From: Eledone cirrhosa
Lineage: Eukaryota
Assembly (NCBI GenBank): GCA_964016885.1
Contig: OZ024743.1
Location: forward strand, 295,182,001 to 295,246,000
Direction: 5' to 3'
DNA length: 64,000 nucleotides
Shown: in pieces, positions 14,201 to 33,784 of the stretch
Numbering within the stretch: position 1 is the stretch's first letter
How the letters are laid out: every line of letters starts with the position of its first letter
Program-made: the position numbers and the translations under genes
The notes under the pieces: generated by a model
Told to the model about the DNA's origin: nothing
Databases searched by the model: none
What the model saw: the letters and a program-made list of their open reading frames with translations, nothing else

Positions 14201-14819
14201 GCAACGACTCCGTTGGAGTTGTCACCTTGCCAGGATGAATGATTCTAGAATACCAAAACAACTCTTTTATGGAGAGTTGGTTAAAGGAAAACGACCGCCA
14301 CATAAACCAAAAAAGAGGTATAAGGATTCCTTGAAAGCCTCTCTGAAAGACGCTAACATCTCTGCTAATACATGGGAAAATATTGCTGCTGATCGTAATA
14401 AATGGAGAATAACTGTATATGAGGGAAAAGTTGCCTTTGAGGCATCTCGAATCGCATACGAGAAAGTAAAGCGGGATGTTAGGAAGGGCATTGCTATTGC
14501 ACTTCCAGACGGCGAGGGTCCTCCTATGTTGCTGACATGCAACGTCTGTGCGAGACTCTGCCTAAGCAAAGCTGGACTCCAAAGTCATTTTCGCAGTCAT
14601 AAAGTAAGACCAATGGTTGACTACCAGGCTGCTGTTGGAGATGCTACTCATCATGCTTGCCAAACATATGGTAGAGAATATAAATCAGCAGGAGGGCTCA
14701 AGCGACATGCAAAAGTACACGAACTCCAACCACAGCCGACTATTCCCAGTGAATGTTTTGGTTACCGACTCTGTGCAAGACATTTTAGATCATTGGCTGG
14801 GCTAAAAAGCCACATTTGA
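11286..14819 (+). CDS. RTE LINE ORF: AP endonuclease + reverse transcriptase + C-terminal C2H2-like zinc fingers (true start uncertain)
   Basis: LSETR, YAPT, GDFNA, LDY, TDHRLV (APE); KAFD, GVKQG, YADD, YLGS (RT); CNVCARLCLSKAGLQSHFRSH plus two degenerate fingers; 1177 aa with no stop. Confidence 0.92.
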   Translation: MMFQNNIKEIIGNLGSGTKKIIGNKGRGPRLSQPGPARHRAIVIEPNKAFNLGCWTVRTLLDRDSLELPERRTALVAKELQLYDLDIVVLSETRLAGDGHLTEFCGEYTFFWKGRDEGTRKEAGVGFAVKTVLVNKLEEFPVGISERLMSMRVPLDKGRYATLVSVYAPTMNSVDEEKVSFYHALKGVLRNIPQADKVIVLGDFNARGVGRDFNTWNVIGRHGMGKCNNNGMLLLQMCEELDLCVTNTMFQQKNKFKTTWMHPASKQWHLLDYVLVRMRDRQDVQCVRALRGAECWTDHRLVRAKVKVITKRKIRAPGVALPKILNAARVKDKNVKRTLEEKMQAADLGEDWPTLKKPVYDVGRRVLGLVQRKHQDWFNENDVHIEDLLADKRRALSRYLTAKPQEKNTLHEELRDVKSRVRRSLSQMRDQWRSEKAGEIQTASDSNNTKRLYSLLREVHGPSSSLVTPLRSKDGKELLRDSQGILRRWREHFDDLLNQPSVFSEDFLNLIPESPVKVALAEPPTLVEVAVAISKLNSGRSPGMDGIHAELLQYGGERLLHHLHSLFGRIWANESVPEDWRDAVMVVLYKGKENRNDCGNYRGISLLSVVWKVLCRVLLDRLLTHIAYCVLPKSQFGFRAGRGTTDMIFSARQLQEKCMEQGLHLYQVFIDLTKAFDTVNRDTLWKVLQKLGCPDKFLALVTSFHDDMKAWVNVGGNMSEPISVKNGVKQGVIPAPILFAIYFAMFFCIAFRNCEHGVYIRYRTSGSIFNIRRFAAKTKVFTSIIRDFLYADDCDLVAHTESDMQHILNAFSDACTALGLTVSLKKTVVMYHPAPSKQYTEPNIYVYGKRLGVVDQFDYLGSTVNRYSNLDSEISLKIRKASDALGKLERRLWGRRDICRRTKLKVYRACVLSCLLYACETWVTYRHHLKQLERFHQVCLRRIHGVHWKNHISDVEILESSMCDSIEALVLKQRLRWSCHLARMNDSRIPKQLFYGELVKGKRPPHKPKKRYKDSLKASLKDANISANTWENIAADRNKWRITVYEGKVAFEASRIAYEKVKRDVRKGIAIALPDGEGPPMLLTCNVCARLCLSKAGLQSHFRSHKVRPMVDYQAAVGDATHHACQTYGREYKSAGGLKRHAKVHELQPQPTIPSECFGYRLCARHFRSLAGLKSHI

Positions 14820-14936
14820 TCGCAGCGCTGTTAGTTGCTATCGTGTATCTGTGTGTGTATAGATATGCTTATGTGTGTGCGTGTATGTGTATATATATAT
14901 ATGTATATTATATTGTTGTTGTCGTTATTATTATTG

Positions 14937-14968
<32 letters not shown>

Positions 14969-15041
14969 GTTATTAATGTATGTGTGTGTGTATATGTGTG
15001 TGTATGTGTGTATGTATTTGTGTATGTATATATATGTATCA

Positions 15042-15655
15042 GGTCACCAGTTGGTGCTACTGGTAACATGTATCCTAGTACAACCTGTCCCATGGTAGGG
15101 TCGTTGGCGACTAAACTGGCAACCCCACCAAGGTTTCTTGGTGAGGAGGGTGACTTTGGACATCCTGCAGGACTAAAAACAAAACCTGTCAAAGGGCAAA
15201 GGAGCTCTTTAGAGTCAATGGCCATCCAAAAACACTGGGAGAGATGACCCCTTAGCCTTTGTCAAGGCAGAATTCTAGGAGAAGGAAAACTCTGATATAA
15301 CACCTGCAACCCTGATGGTATCCAATGATGTTGTCTTGTTCTTCTTTTTGGTAAATATTATCTTGGTTAAGAGAGTGGGACTGGCTTTGAGCAGTGCCTT
15401 TGCTCACTATAAAAGCTTCACGGCACAGGCATTGCTTTATATCTGGTGATCTCTGATCTCTCTGCACTTGTCGTCACATGGCACCATGGGCCCAGCACTA
15501 TGTGTCAATAATTGTCACAGGTGTAGTGTTTGTACCAGAGTGTTCAAGTCGCTGGCTGGACTAAAAAGTCACACTCGTTCAGCGCATTGGTAGGGGTTCT
15601 CCTACATGGATATAAAGTAGTGGCCGTACTCGAAAACGAGTTGGCAGCCACCATG
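15042..15655 (+). mobile_element. RTE-related bipartite non-autonomous element (subfamily A), nested in the LINE 3' UTR
   Basis: Closely similar to 55392-55975; shares 5' leader and 3' ggcc.tactcga.aacgag end with RTE-derived copies. Confidence 0.8.
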
Positions 15656-15757
15656 TATATATATATATATATTTCTTTTTATTTTATTTTATTTTTTATT
15701 TATTTATTAATTTTTTTCTCCTCGTGCAATGGCCATACTCGATAACGAGGGGGCAGT

Positions 15758-15838
<81 letters not shown>

Positions 15839-15874
15839 CGTATGTGTATATATACTTTATTTACGATTGCCTAC

Positions 15875-16150
15875 TTACCTGTATGTATCAGCTGTACTAG
15901 GGTGGGAAATGAAATTCTAATTTTATTTTTAATATTTGGTGAGGCCAGCCGTAACATGCTCGGTAAGCAAATGAGACTACTCAGCCGATGTGTACTTAAG
16001 AAAATATTATATATTTTCAACCATTCAACACATTGGCAGAGGTATATAGACCTGATGAAGGTTAATGACCCAGAAACATGTTGATTGCTCCTCAATGCCA
16101 GTGTTAAACAAACGGATGACGAATAGCACCGTTACTTTACAAACGAATCG

Positions 16151-16155
<5 letters not shown>
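15875..16155 (+). mobile_element. PLE-type tail fragment with minimal hammerhead (CTGATGA 16052, GAAA 16073) ending in (TA)n
   Basis: CTGATGA-a-ggt taatg acc-ca-GAAA-catg-TT; stem I weak. Confidence 0.5.
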
Positions 16156-16237
<82 letters not shown>

Positions 16238-17425
16238 TATATTATATATTGAGTTATAAACTCGAAATAGTCTTTTACAATTAAATAGTTCAAAGAAGGG
16301 AATATTTCCGAGCTAACTTGGTCATTTGCAATTCGAACACATGTATACTTGTATCAGTGTTCATCCCTCTCCTATATTCATTTGTATATATATATATATA
16401 TATATATATATAAGTTAAAACAATGAAATAACAAATCAAGTCATTAGAGATATACTTCACTGCTTTACGATCGTTTCTAGATGATGATAATACATTGTAG
16501 CTATACTCAGTTATTGATCTATGTAAGGTTAGTTACAAACTATCAGATAAAGAGAACATTTACTTACATGCATATCACCAGGTGTTTTCAAATATTTCAT
16601 TGTTTTAACTTATATCATGACTCTGTTTTCCTTTTAATGTTTTATTGTTTTCCGAGATTTATCTTAATCTACATTTTCAACATATGGATCACATCGAGTT
16701 CTTCATGCAGAATAGACCACACAACTTACTGTGGATACCTCTGTATATATATATATATATATAACTATATCAGAAAAACAAAAATAAACGAAGATATATA
16801 CTAGTTTCACGCTGAATATAATGTAAAAAAATTGAATGTGAAAAATGAAAGATGAACTTAAAAGATAGAGGAGAGTGAGCTAGGGTAGAAAGGAAAATAT
16901 ATTCTTCGAAGAAACGGATATCTGTTCATTTCGCCATCGATATAGAATGTAGGTTGTCAGAATCTATATACAACGCGTGAATAAAATGCAATACTCTCCA
17001 TTTATATAAACAATCATGGATTCCATTCGATGAGGTCCTTATTTTAACTTAAGAAACATAAACACATAACCGTTGATTTAACTCTTTTCACTCTAATTCT
17101 AGAAATTGCCATTTCATATCCTTTTTATCATCTTCAGACGGAAATAAAGTCGAGACGGGCAGAAATAAAATGCAGAATTTAAATGTTACAACTCTATATG
17201 AAACAAATGAAAAAATGTGAATATTGAGAATTGGACACAGAAGGGATTGATGCTGAGATAGGATTTATCTGAGCGATGTTCTCGCCAGTTGAATGAAGAG
17301 CTTAATGAGTAGATGGGCCACAGAAACATGCACTCACACACTCACATTCACACACACACAACACCAACTCGCACACACACACATATATATGTATATATAT
17401 ATACACACATACATATATATATATG

Positions 17426-17500
<75 letters not shown>

Positions 17501-17506
<6 letters not shown>

Positions 17507-17702
17507 AAGGAATTGTGGTAAGGAACCAGATGGACCATAAGACGCCAGAGTACTCAATACTTAGGAAAGTAGAGTGGGAAATAGGAAAAATTATGACCCC
17601 AACGGCAGAGCTCAAGCCGTTTGGACGGCTATTTCTGGACTAGTCCATAAATAGCGGTCGAAACGGCTTGAGCTCTGCCGTAGGGGTCATAATTTTTCAT
17701 AT
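17501..17702. mobile_element. Short fold-back element (family also at 58495-58640 and 62000-62188)
   Basis: Arms 17581-17640/17643-17702 centred on ggactagtcc; shared tail ggttccttaccac; flanked by (TA)n. Confidence 0.75.
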
Positions 17703-17934
17703 ATTTATATATATATATGTATTTATATATATATATATATAAGGAGATAGAGAAATAGAGAGAGAGAGAGATTGAGATAGATAGATCAAATAGTGTGTGG
17801 TAAATACCAGCTAGACCATATCAGAGTACTGGATACTTGGGGTAGTAAAATCTTTTCATATATCTGTATGTATGTATATATATATAAGAGATGTCAACAT
17901 GAATGGGCCTGTTATTTTTATCTGAGGAAAATGT

Positions 17935-18095
17935 TTCCAATTGCAGCTCGCCCGTCCCTTTAATCTATTTTATTTCTCATTCTTACTTCTGATGAAGGAC
18001 TTCAGGCCGAAACGTTAACACACACTTCCTGCTATTTCAAGCGTTAACCTAATATACTCCTTCCATATACTATACCGATTGTGTTGTTATTTCTA
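17935..18095 (+). mobile_element. PLE-type tail with minimal hammerhead; related copy at 50929-51085 (minus)
   Basis: CTGATGA(17989)-agg..cc-GAAA(18009)-cg-TT; downstream cttcctgctatttcaag..taccgattgtgttgttatttc shared by both copies. Confidence 0.65.
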
Positions 18096-18138
18096 TTTAC
18101 CTTTTACAGATACACACACTCACACACACACACGCTCT

Positions 18139-18224
<86 letters not shown>

Positions 18225-18225
18225 C

Positions 18226-18810
18226 ATGATGGCTGCCTCCTCGTTATCGAGTATGGCCATTGCACGATATGCCACTATTAATCATTAGTAATTAATTCTA
18301 TCGTGCAATGCCTGTGAGTGAAGATATTTTTAAAGTTAGGACAGACTGTGCACTGAGCCAATCCCACTCTCTGAGTGACAGTAGCTATAACCCGAAAAGA
18401 AGAAAAATCAACATCATCGGTAACTACTGAGCCGCAGGTTTTATATCGGAATTATCACAGTTTCCTGAGTTGCCTTCTCCTAGAAGAATGCCCTGACACA
18501 GATTAGTTGTCCTTCACTTCCAGTGGTTTAACCGCGCGATCGGGTGTCCAGCCCGACTATTTCTATGTTCCCGTGCATATACATACATATGTACATGTCT
18601 ATATACATATTTACCCACTTTTGGATGGCCGTTGACTCTCATGTGTTCTTCCGCCCTTTGTCAGGTTTTTGTTTTTTGTCCTGCAGGGTGTCCAAAATCA
18701 CCCTCCTCACCAAGTAAACTTGGTGGGGTTGCAGATTTAGTCACCGACGACCCGACCATGCGACAGATTGTACTGGGTTACATGTTACCAGTATCACTCA
18801 AGAGTGACCT
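18226..18810 (-). mobile_element. RTE-derived bipartite non-autonomous element (subfamily B: 5' leader + 5' UTR + 3' end, no ORF)
   Basis: Reverse complement matches 62601-63216 and LINE 5' UTR 10905-11190. Confidence 0.85.
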
Positions 18811-18844
18811 GACATATGTATACATACATACATACATACATACA

Positions 18845-18876
<32 letters not shown>

Positions 18877-18882
18877 CAAACA

Positions 18883-18932
<50 letters not shown>

Positions 18933-20052
18933 CATACATATATATACATACACTTATACATGGTGTCTTCATTTCTGAAGACACCATGTACAAGTGAAGG
19001 TATGCATATTTCCTCTGATAATTTATAATATTTGTACATAGATCTATATGATATACATACCAACACACATATACATCCTAGAGACGATCGTAAAATGATG
19101 AATTTTTTAATATAAGGAACTTGTTCATTGTTTTTATTTCATTGTTCTTATTAATTTATCTTGACTCTGTTTTCCTAAGATTTTTATCGAAAATGTTTGA
19201 ATGCATCTTCTCTTTTCATGATATTTGGATTACATTGAGTTCTTCATACTGATTGGACAGTACCGTATATTTTGGTAGATTTATATACATATATATATAT
19301 ATAACATATATATTATCTTTGTGATCCTGTCTCGATTTTGTGTAGTTCTGAAGAAGTGTTAATGCCTGACACGTCGAACTTTCTTTCCCCCTTTCCATCT
19401 AAAGTGTAAAACTAATAATACATTTTGTATCTGTGTTATCATTTCCTTGAAATATATATGTATATTTCTCTCTCTATATATATATGTGTGTGCGTGTATG
19501 TATGTCTCTGTGGTTGTACATTTGTAATTCACTACACTTATTGCAGAAACTTCTCCTATTACTGTAATTGTTGCTAAAGGGTAAACTAAATATTGCTATT
19601 TTTCGTTTGTATATTTCGCCTGTAATTATCATACATAATATGCCATGACTGTCGTCTTCATCCAAATTACAAATTTAATTGTGTATTTGACGATAACATA
19701 CTACCCTCACACATAACTTGTAATGATTTAGAGTGCTCTTAGCAAACGATCACCAGGATTCGTATCACCTCGAATAGGGGTTATTTCAGCCTTACATTTG
19801 AGGTTAAGGGTGCATTAGTCTGGGATATTAAAATATGTAGTTATATGTCTAGAAGGTAATTTTCAGGGTTATTTTGGGGGACACGATGTTACAGTGAAGT
19901 GTGTTATATGAGATAACTGCTGGCTAAACAATTAATAAATACACACTGCGGCGGTTTATCACACCAACATACATACATACATAGGTATGTACACCCCTCC
20001 ACACACATATATATGCGCGTGTACACACGCACACAAGCACTCATACCCCACC

Positions 20053-20131
<79 letters not shown>

Positions 20132-20561
20132 GAGAGAGAGCGAGAGAGATCAGGATTATATTAGTCAGATCATAATCAAACAGAGTACTCGATACTTGAG
20201 ATAATAGAATGTAGGTATGATAGAGAGTCAGGGCCCTGCGTCTGAGCTCTTCCTGATTCGATAGAAAATTCCAGACTGTATATATATGTGCCGCCATCCG
20301 ATTTCAAACGAATGAAGGATTTCTAGTTCTGTCGAAGTAATTTCTTTACGAAGTAAATCATTTTCCCTCTCCCCTCAACTCATATATTGATTACATTAAA
20401 TTAACTGTAGCCTCTTTATTTTCCACCCCGGAAAACCATTATTGACCCCCCCCCCCACACACACACATACACACCGATATATATATATATACACACACAT
20501 GTATATACATATATATATACACGCACACACGCATATATATATAAATACATATATATATATA

Positions 20562-24017
<3,456 letters not shown>

Positions 24018-24021
24018 ATAT

Positions 24022-26240
24022 ATATTGTTATACTTGGGGAGGGTCATATTTCTGTAATATTGCCAGAATTAATAACAGAACACACTCACTGTTTGGTTGG
24101 TTTTCGCTTCTCGCTTCTGTGTCTTTTATATCGGTAATCTAACTTACTCGGTCCTCAATGTTGCCATTGACTGGCCGGCGGTCAGAAATAATACAGATAC
24201 AATATAGACACAAACACATATATATAGTTTATCATAAATCTTTCGTTGCACATCTGCAACATCGTCAGTGGTGCTATATTTTCCTCCTGTTGTATTGTAT
24301 GTCTACGCCATTTTTATTCAGCCTGTCTATATATTTATTTATTTATTTTCTTGTTTGTTTATTTTATTTTATTTTGTCTTCTTTGCGCATGCGTTTGCGT
24401 GTGTGTATAGTGTTTTGTTTGCTGTGTGATGGGTGACTAGTGTGTGTTTATGTGCTTGTGTATGTATTTATTTATTTATTTATTTATTTATTTTATTTTA
24501 TTTACTTATTCATACTTCTCTTAGGTCAGTATTGTTTGTTTGGGTGTTGTTGTTATTCCATTCATTCTTTCTGTTTAGCCTTGGTCTTCTAATTTCTATT
24601 TCACTGGCCTCTCTGATTTGCCTATCTGCTGGGTCATTTCTATGTTTAGATATTATTCTAATTTCTATGTTGTCTATGTTACCGTCATGTTGTTGTCTAG
24701 CATGTTCGTTTACTACTGACCCGTTTTTTCGTCCTTTTAGTTCCCCCCAGTGTTGGTCTATCCTTTCACCTATGCTACGAGCTGTCTCACCTATGTATGT
24801 TGTTGTCATGTTTCTGCAAGTACCTTCTGGACATCTTATGCTATAGACTACGTTTCTAGTTTTACAGTTTATCCGGGGTTTCACCTTACATATGATACAT
24901 TTCCTATTGGTACAGTGGCTTTTCTTAAAAGGGTAGGTTTTGCTGATCAGGGATTTTATGGTGGTTCCTGGCTTTTCTACCACCTTTATTTTTAAGTGGG
25001 TCTTTATCAGGGCCTTTCTACACTGGTTAGCTAATTTCCCTCCAGGGGTAGCGTCCACAAACATGACTCTGGTATCTCTGGTTGTCGTACCATGAGGTGG
25101 CCTTGCCTATCTTATGTCTAGCCCTATCTAAGCTATTCCATGATTTGCTCCTGTATAATGGGCAAATTCCTTTCATGTCCAGTTCTATTAGGGTCTTATA
25201 CTTCTCCATGGCTCATTCGTATACTCTGACTCTGTCTCTTTGGTTGTAGCCAGAGAACTGCATGCGATTGATGAAGTGTTGGATGTGTCTTTCCATTTCT
25301 GTTGGGTCGCACATGCGGGACACATTCTTCATCACTCGTACCAAATCTGCGATCAGAATATTAAACATAGCACTACTAAACATTGCTGAGTTTTTGAGTA
25401 TCAGGTATTTGGAGGCCATAGGTTTAGCATAGTGTGAGTGGAGAATTTGGGCTCTCTCGTCTATAGTGTTAATCCAGAGTTCTGTGTCTAATACAGGTAG
25501 TCTATTGTTAGGGTGTTTGGAAGGGAAGTCGATAGTTACAGTTATACTCTGGTGTATGGAATTAGCTAACTGCTGGATGCTTTCCATCGTGCTACGTTCT
25601 AAATCAAACTTTTTAGTGCTCTCTTGTGGGGGTGTTCTTATAACTATATTGATATCGTCTACATAACGAGAGTACATGATGAGGTCTATAGAGCTCTCAT
25701 TAAGGAGATCTTTAAGTCTCCTTTCCCACCATACCATGAAAAGGTTGGCAACATCACCAGCTATGCTGACATCGATGGCGGCTCCCTCGTTTTGGGTGTA
25801 GATCTTCTCGTTGAACTTAAATATGTGGCCCTTTAGGGTAGTTTTGATAGTAGCCCCTATTGCATGTGCGACCATTTTTCTGACCTGATCATTGTTTTGG
25901 GGGGTCCGAATAGCTTTGGTCCACCCAATCCACCTTCCCATGGGAGTCTTTTTTGCCATTGAGGTTATGGTGCGGGGTCTACCTCTTATAGGTCTACTAG
26001 GGCAGAAACGTCTAAGGTCATGGCTGTCTAGGTAGTCAGTGTCGTAGGTAAGTCTAAGTAGGAGGCCCATTTCGTCTGTGTCGACGTCGCAGAACTCCAC
26101 CTCACTCTCAATGATCACCTATTATAATAAATTGAAGTGAAAGCAACTGGTGCGTGTGTTTCTTATTGGCAACATGACCCTCCCCAAGTATAACAATATT
26201 TGTTTCGACACACGATTTCATATAAAAAACCTCGCAAAAC
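24022..26240 (-). mobile_element. 5'-truncated Penelope-like element (third lineage), minus strand, with short inverted pLTR-like piece 26119-26240
   Basis: RT 25213..26118- (GAAIDVSIAGDVANLFM, RYVDD, LPVLD); GIY-YIG 24510..25064- (NVVYSIRC...YIGETARSIGERIDQH); minimal hammerhead at 24231-24272 (minus). Confidence 0.88.
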
Positions 26241-26264
26241 TATATATATATATATATATATATT

Positions 26265-26628
26265 AGTTCGTTTCTGAATTTGTCTAGCAAGATTCTTTAT
26301 CTGAAAACGTGTGTTGAAACCGATATTGTTATACTTCGGGAGGGTCATGTTGCCAATAAGAAACACACACACCAGTTGCTTTCACTTCAATTTATTATAA
26401 TAGATTTATAAATTTAGGAATTTATAAATTTCCGTTTGGATGGTTGGTTCCACAACCAGATGATTGTTTATATATTGTCAATGTTCTTTCGTCACACATT
26501 CTGTGACCTCTTCAGTGACTGGGGATTCTTTTCTTTGTTTTTGTGCCCCTCCTTTGTTCTGTCCTACGCCATCTTGTTTTTGCGTGTGTTTCTTATTGGT
26601 AACATGACCCTCCCAAAGTATAACAATA
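26265..26628 (-). mobile_element. ORF-less PLE tail with minimal hammerhead (26477-26520 minus) and inverted terminal piece 26581-26628
   Basis: Matches tail of the 34866-36800 element; agtca-CTGAAGA-g-gtcaca..tgtgac-GAAA. Confidence 0.8.
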
Positions 26629-26631
26629 TAT

Positions 26632-30089
<3,458 letters not shown>

Positions 30090-30100
30090 CGCACAGACAC

Positions 30101-30218
<118 letters not shown>

Positions 30219-30307
30219 CACATGTATATATATATGTATATATATATATATATATATTATTCAAAATAACATTTGGTTATATATATATTATTCAAATTAA
30301 CATTTGG

Positions 30308-30369
<62 letters not shown>

Positions 30370-31513
30370 GTATGGTTTCGGTATTATATACAATCTAGTA
30401 TATATTTATATGGATAGATGTGTCTCCGTTGTACTGAGTGTTTATACTGTTGCATAAAAAATCACAAACAAAATGATTTTAAATGAAAGTCAGTTACAAT
30501 TATCCATCACCTAAAATGAAATCAACATGGCTTCAAAGCAAAGATATCGACCACATCTCAAATGTTCATTCTCAGGAGAACCGTACAATGTGCCAAAAGA
30601 AACGGCATAAAAGCAGTTTTATTCTTCCTCAATTTCAAAAATGTCTATGAAAAAATTCGTTGTGGTAAAGTGATGAAATATTTCTATGGTTACAGAATAC
30701 CAGAACAGCTTTTAGATTAAATCACTTATCTCTCAGGACACTAGCTGAAATGTTGAGCCAAGATGATGAAACATATTTTCGCAGTTCTTCACAGTCATGC
30801 TAGAATGTGATATCGTGGTACCACGTTTCATCAGATTTGTAATTTATTAAGTAATGAGACAAGCTGTTCATGACAAATCGGATGACCTTGACTTCAGTCT
30901 TACTGGGAGAAACAGGCCGATATCACTAACAATGTCTTACTGTTAGAGGAGACACATCAAGCATAATAATAGAAAGTGTAGATAAAGAAACCAAGGAAAA
31001 TTGATGTGTTCATTGATATTAGGAAAAGAGAGGTTATACAACATGTGACTCAATGATCATAAAATCAAACTCTGAACTGCAACTAAGAGATTTTGAAAAT
31101 TAAAAATATCTTTTGTCTTCGTTAGTCAGCTCAGAAAAAAGTATCAAGAATCGAAACGCAATTACATGGCAAGACAAAACCTCTCAAATATCTCGTAATC
31201 AGCTCTAAGAAAGAGTAATAAGATCAGTCGCATTTTAGCAATGATTGTAATACAACTGTAAAGCATGGACACACACCCAGTTACTTGAATATCAGCTTGA
31301 TGCAATGTATGATACAGTTGGTTCTTAAAATTACATGGAGAAAACTACCATTACATAAGGCATTATCCTTATGTATATTACGCCAATAAAAATCAGATGT
31401 TCGTAATGATACACACATTTACCTTTCTATATATAACAGGTATGAGTATTGAGTTCTTAAACTGGGTCCACCCAAGGTAATATTTTAACACTCACCAAAT
31501 GGCTCCAACCCTC

Positions 31514-31626
<113 letters not shown>

Positions 31627-31636
31627 TCTCTCTCTC

Positions 31637-31674
<38 letters not shown>

Positions 31675-32002
31675 TGTAATAAACAACATAAGATAATTAT
31701 TTCATTTACCAGTGGTTTCTTGAAGGCAGTTGTTGTGTCTGTCTTCAGTCGTCAGAATGAATAAATAACATAGTGTTTTTATTAATATAGATTTGAAAAC
31801 AAAATTTATTGTTTTCAAATCCATATTTAATAAAAACACCATGTTATTTATTCATTCTGACGATTGAAGACAGACAACATCTGCCTTCAAGAAACCACTG
31901 GTAAATGAAATAATTATCTTATGTTGTATATTACAGACCTAATAAGCTATGTAGCCTACATAGAGCACTCTTTTTTCCGGTACCTATCCGACGGAAATAC
32001 TT

Positions 32003-32003
<1 letters not shown>
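31675..32003. mobile_element. ORF-less double-hammerhead palindrome (arms 31675-31802/31809-31935, tail to ~32003)
   Basis: Inverted arms with 6-nt spacer; tail motif catagagcactct..acggaaat shared with 4547-4590. Confidence 0.85.
31844..31913 (+). ncRNA. Canonical type I hammerhead (mirror copy at 31697-31768 minus)
   Basis: ttcatt-CTGACGA-ttgaag.cag..ctg.cttcaa-GAAA-cc act gg-TA-aatgaa; GUA cleavage triplet. Confidence 0.85.
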
Positions 32004-32053
<50 letters not shown>

Positions 32054-32233
32054 GTTATTCCGGGTTGAATCGGAGGTAACCACAGTAAGTAAGGTACTCA
32101 ATACATAGCAGAGTATAACAGTTTTAATATAGATGAGATTCTACAGGACTGGAACTGTTTCATTCATTAGAAATCATCAGAGATTCCTGATGATTTCTAA
32201 TGAATGAAACAGTTCTAGTCCTGTAGAATCTCA

Positions 32234-32240
<7 letters not shown>
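32054..32240. mobile_element. Mini fold-back element with back-to-back hammerhead cores (family also at 54495-54670)
   Basis: Arms 32127-32180/32187-32240; centre tcatcag-agattc-CTGATGA; CTGATGA-t-ttc taat gaa-t-GAAA. Confidence 0.8.
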
Positions 32241-32270
<30 letters not shown>

Positions 32271-32364
32271 AATAAATGACTTCTATAGAAATAGGAATGC
32301 TTTGGCCGTTTGCAATGTCAGGGCATTCCCGATTATCTCAAAATAATTGTTTATACTTTTTGAC

Positions 32365-32525
32365 ACAAGGCCAGCAATTACCCCAGTGCATTACTGGTAC
32401 TTTATTTTATCGACCCCGTAAGGATGAAAGGCAAAGTTAACCTCGTCGGGATTAGAACTCAGAATAGCAAGGGCCGTAACTCTATGCTGCAAAGCATGGC
32501 GTCCGACCTTCTACAGACACTTCCA
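32365..32525 (-). mobile_element. Cephalopod-type SINE fragment
   Basis: actggtactttattttatcgaccccgtaaggatgaaaggcaaagt; related copies at ~40415-40590, 46800-46925, 51985-52150, 52890-53060. Confidence 0.75.
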
Positions 32526-32772
32526 ATCCATCAAAATAATGAATCAGTACTAGTCTTGTAAAACGCATTTCCATGAGGTAAATATTTGCTTTCTCTACTT
32601 ATATATGGGAGAAACTTATTTAACTGTTCCACAAAGGCGGGGGAGGGAGTATTCTTTTCTTGTGACTTACTGAGATTGTTATTGGTACAGGGTTTTTCAC
32701 TGTTAACTGAATCACTTACAACACTCATATATAGTTGTATATGACGATATATGTTATGTATATATTTGTGTT

Positions 32773-32901
<129 letters not shown>

Positions 32902-33449
32902 ATAAATATACATGGGTGTGTATGATTGTGTATAGAAGATTATATTAATAAAAGGAATTCCGACTTTGTTTGATTTACTCGTTTTATTTACAATATATAT
33001 ATATATGTGTGTGTGTGTGGTGTTTGTGTGTGTGTATATATGCGTGTGCGTGCATATATTATAACTAATACAGAACATATTTAATAAACCATTTTTAGAA
33101 ATATGAAACAGTAGCAAGAATGAAATATTAAGTACCATTTGATATGACATTCCGGTTTAAAAAAAGTTACAAATACACATTGTAGTTACTATATTTAAAA
33201 GCAACAAAGTATAGTTTAAATCAAAGTGAAGACGCATTATTAATTACTTATAAAAGTATTTCAGTCAGTTTAATCTCTCTTTCATATTTCTATAATTATT
33301 ACCGTTTATAGATATCAAAATATAGGGTCATATATTTTATATATAAAAGCAATTTACAGATTCTCTTCTACTTTTCTTAAATCGAATAATTAAAATGTTT
33401 CCATGCATTCACTTAGATTATACAATATTAATTAAGGGCTAAGAGCATA

Positions 33450-33493
<44 letters not shown>

Positions 33494-33699
33494 AGATGTG
33501 AGAAAAACCACAGATCCTCCATCTCAACTCTACTTTTGAAAAGCAGAAGAACTGCGAAACCGGTAAAGAAACCAAATAAATATATATATATTTTTTTAAA
33601 TAAGACTCCAGTTGCATTTTCGATTTCATCGTTTTTTCTTTATACTTTCACTCGTGTAGGACACCTCGGTTATTTTTCATTTTGTAAAAAAACCCTGAC

Positions 33700-33779
<80 letters not shown>

Positions 33780-33784
<5 letters not shown>

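Larger units (their letters stand above)
10905..15765 (+). mobile_element. RTE-clade LINE, near full length (5' UTR 10905-11280; 3' end tcgtgcaatggccatactcgataacgagg at 15722-15765, then (TA)n)
   Basis: APE-RT ORF; 5' UTR and 3' terminus shared with non-autonomous copies at 18226-18810 and 62601-63216. Confidence 0.9.

Noticed and set aside
32531-32728. 65-aa ORF as a host exon
   Set aside because: No recognisable domain and no supportable splice structure or partner exons.
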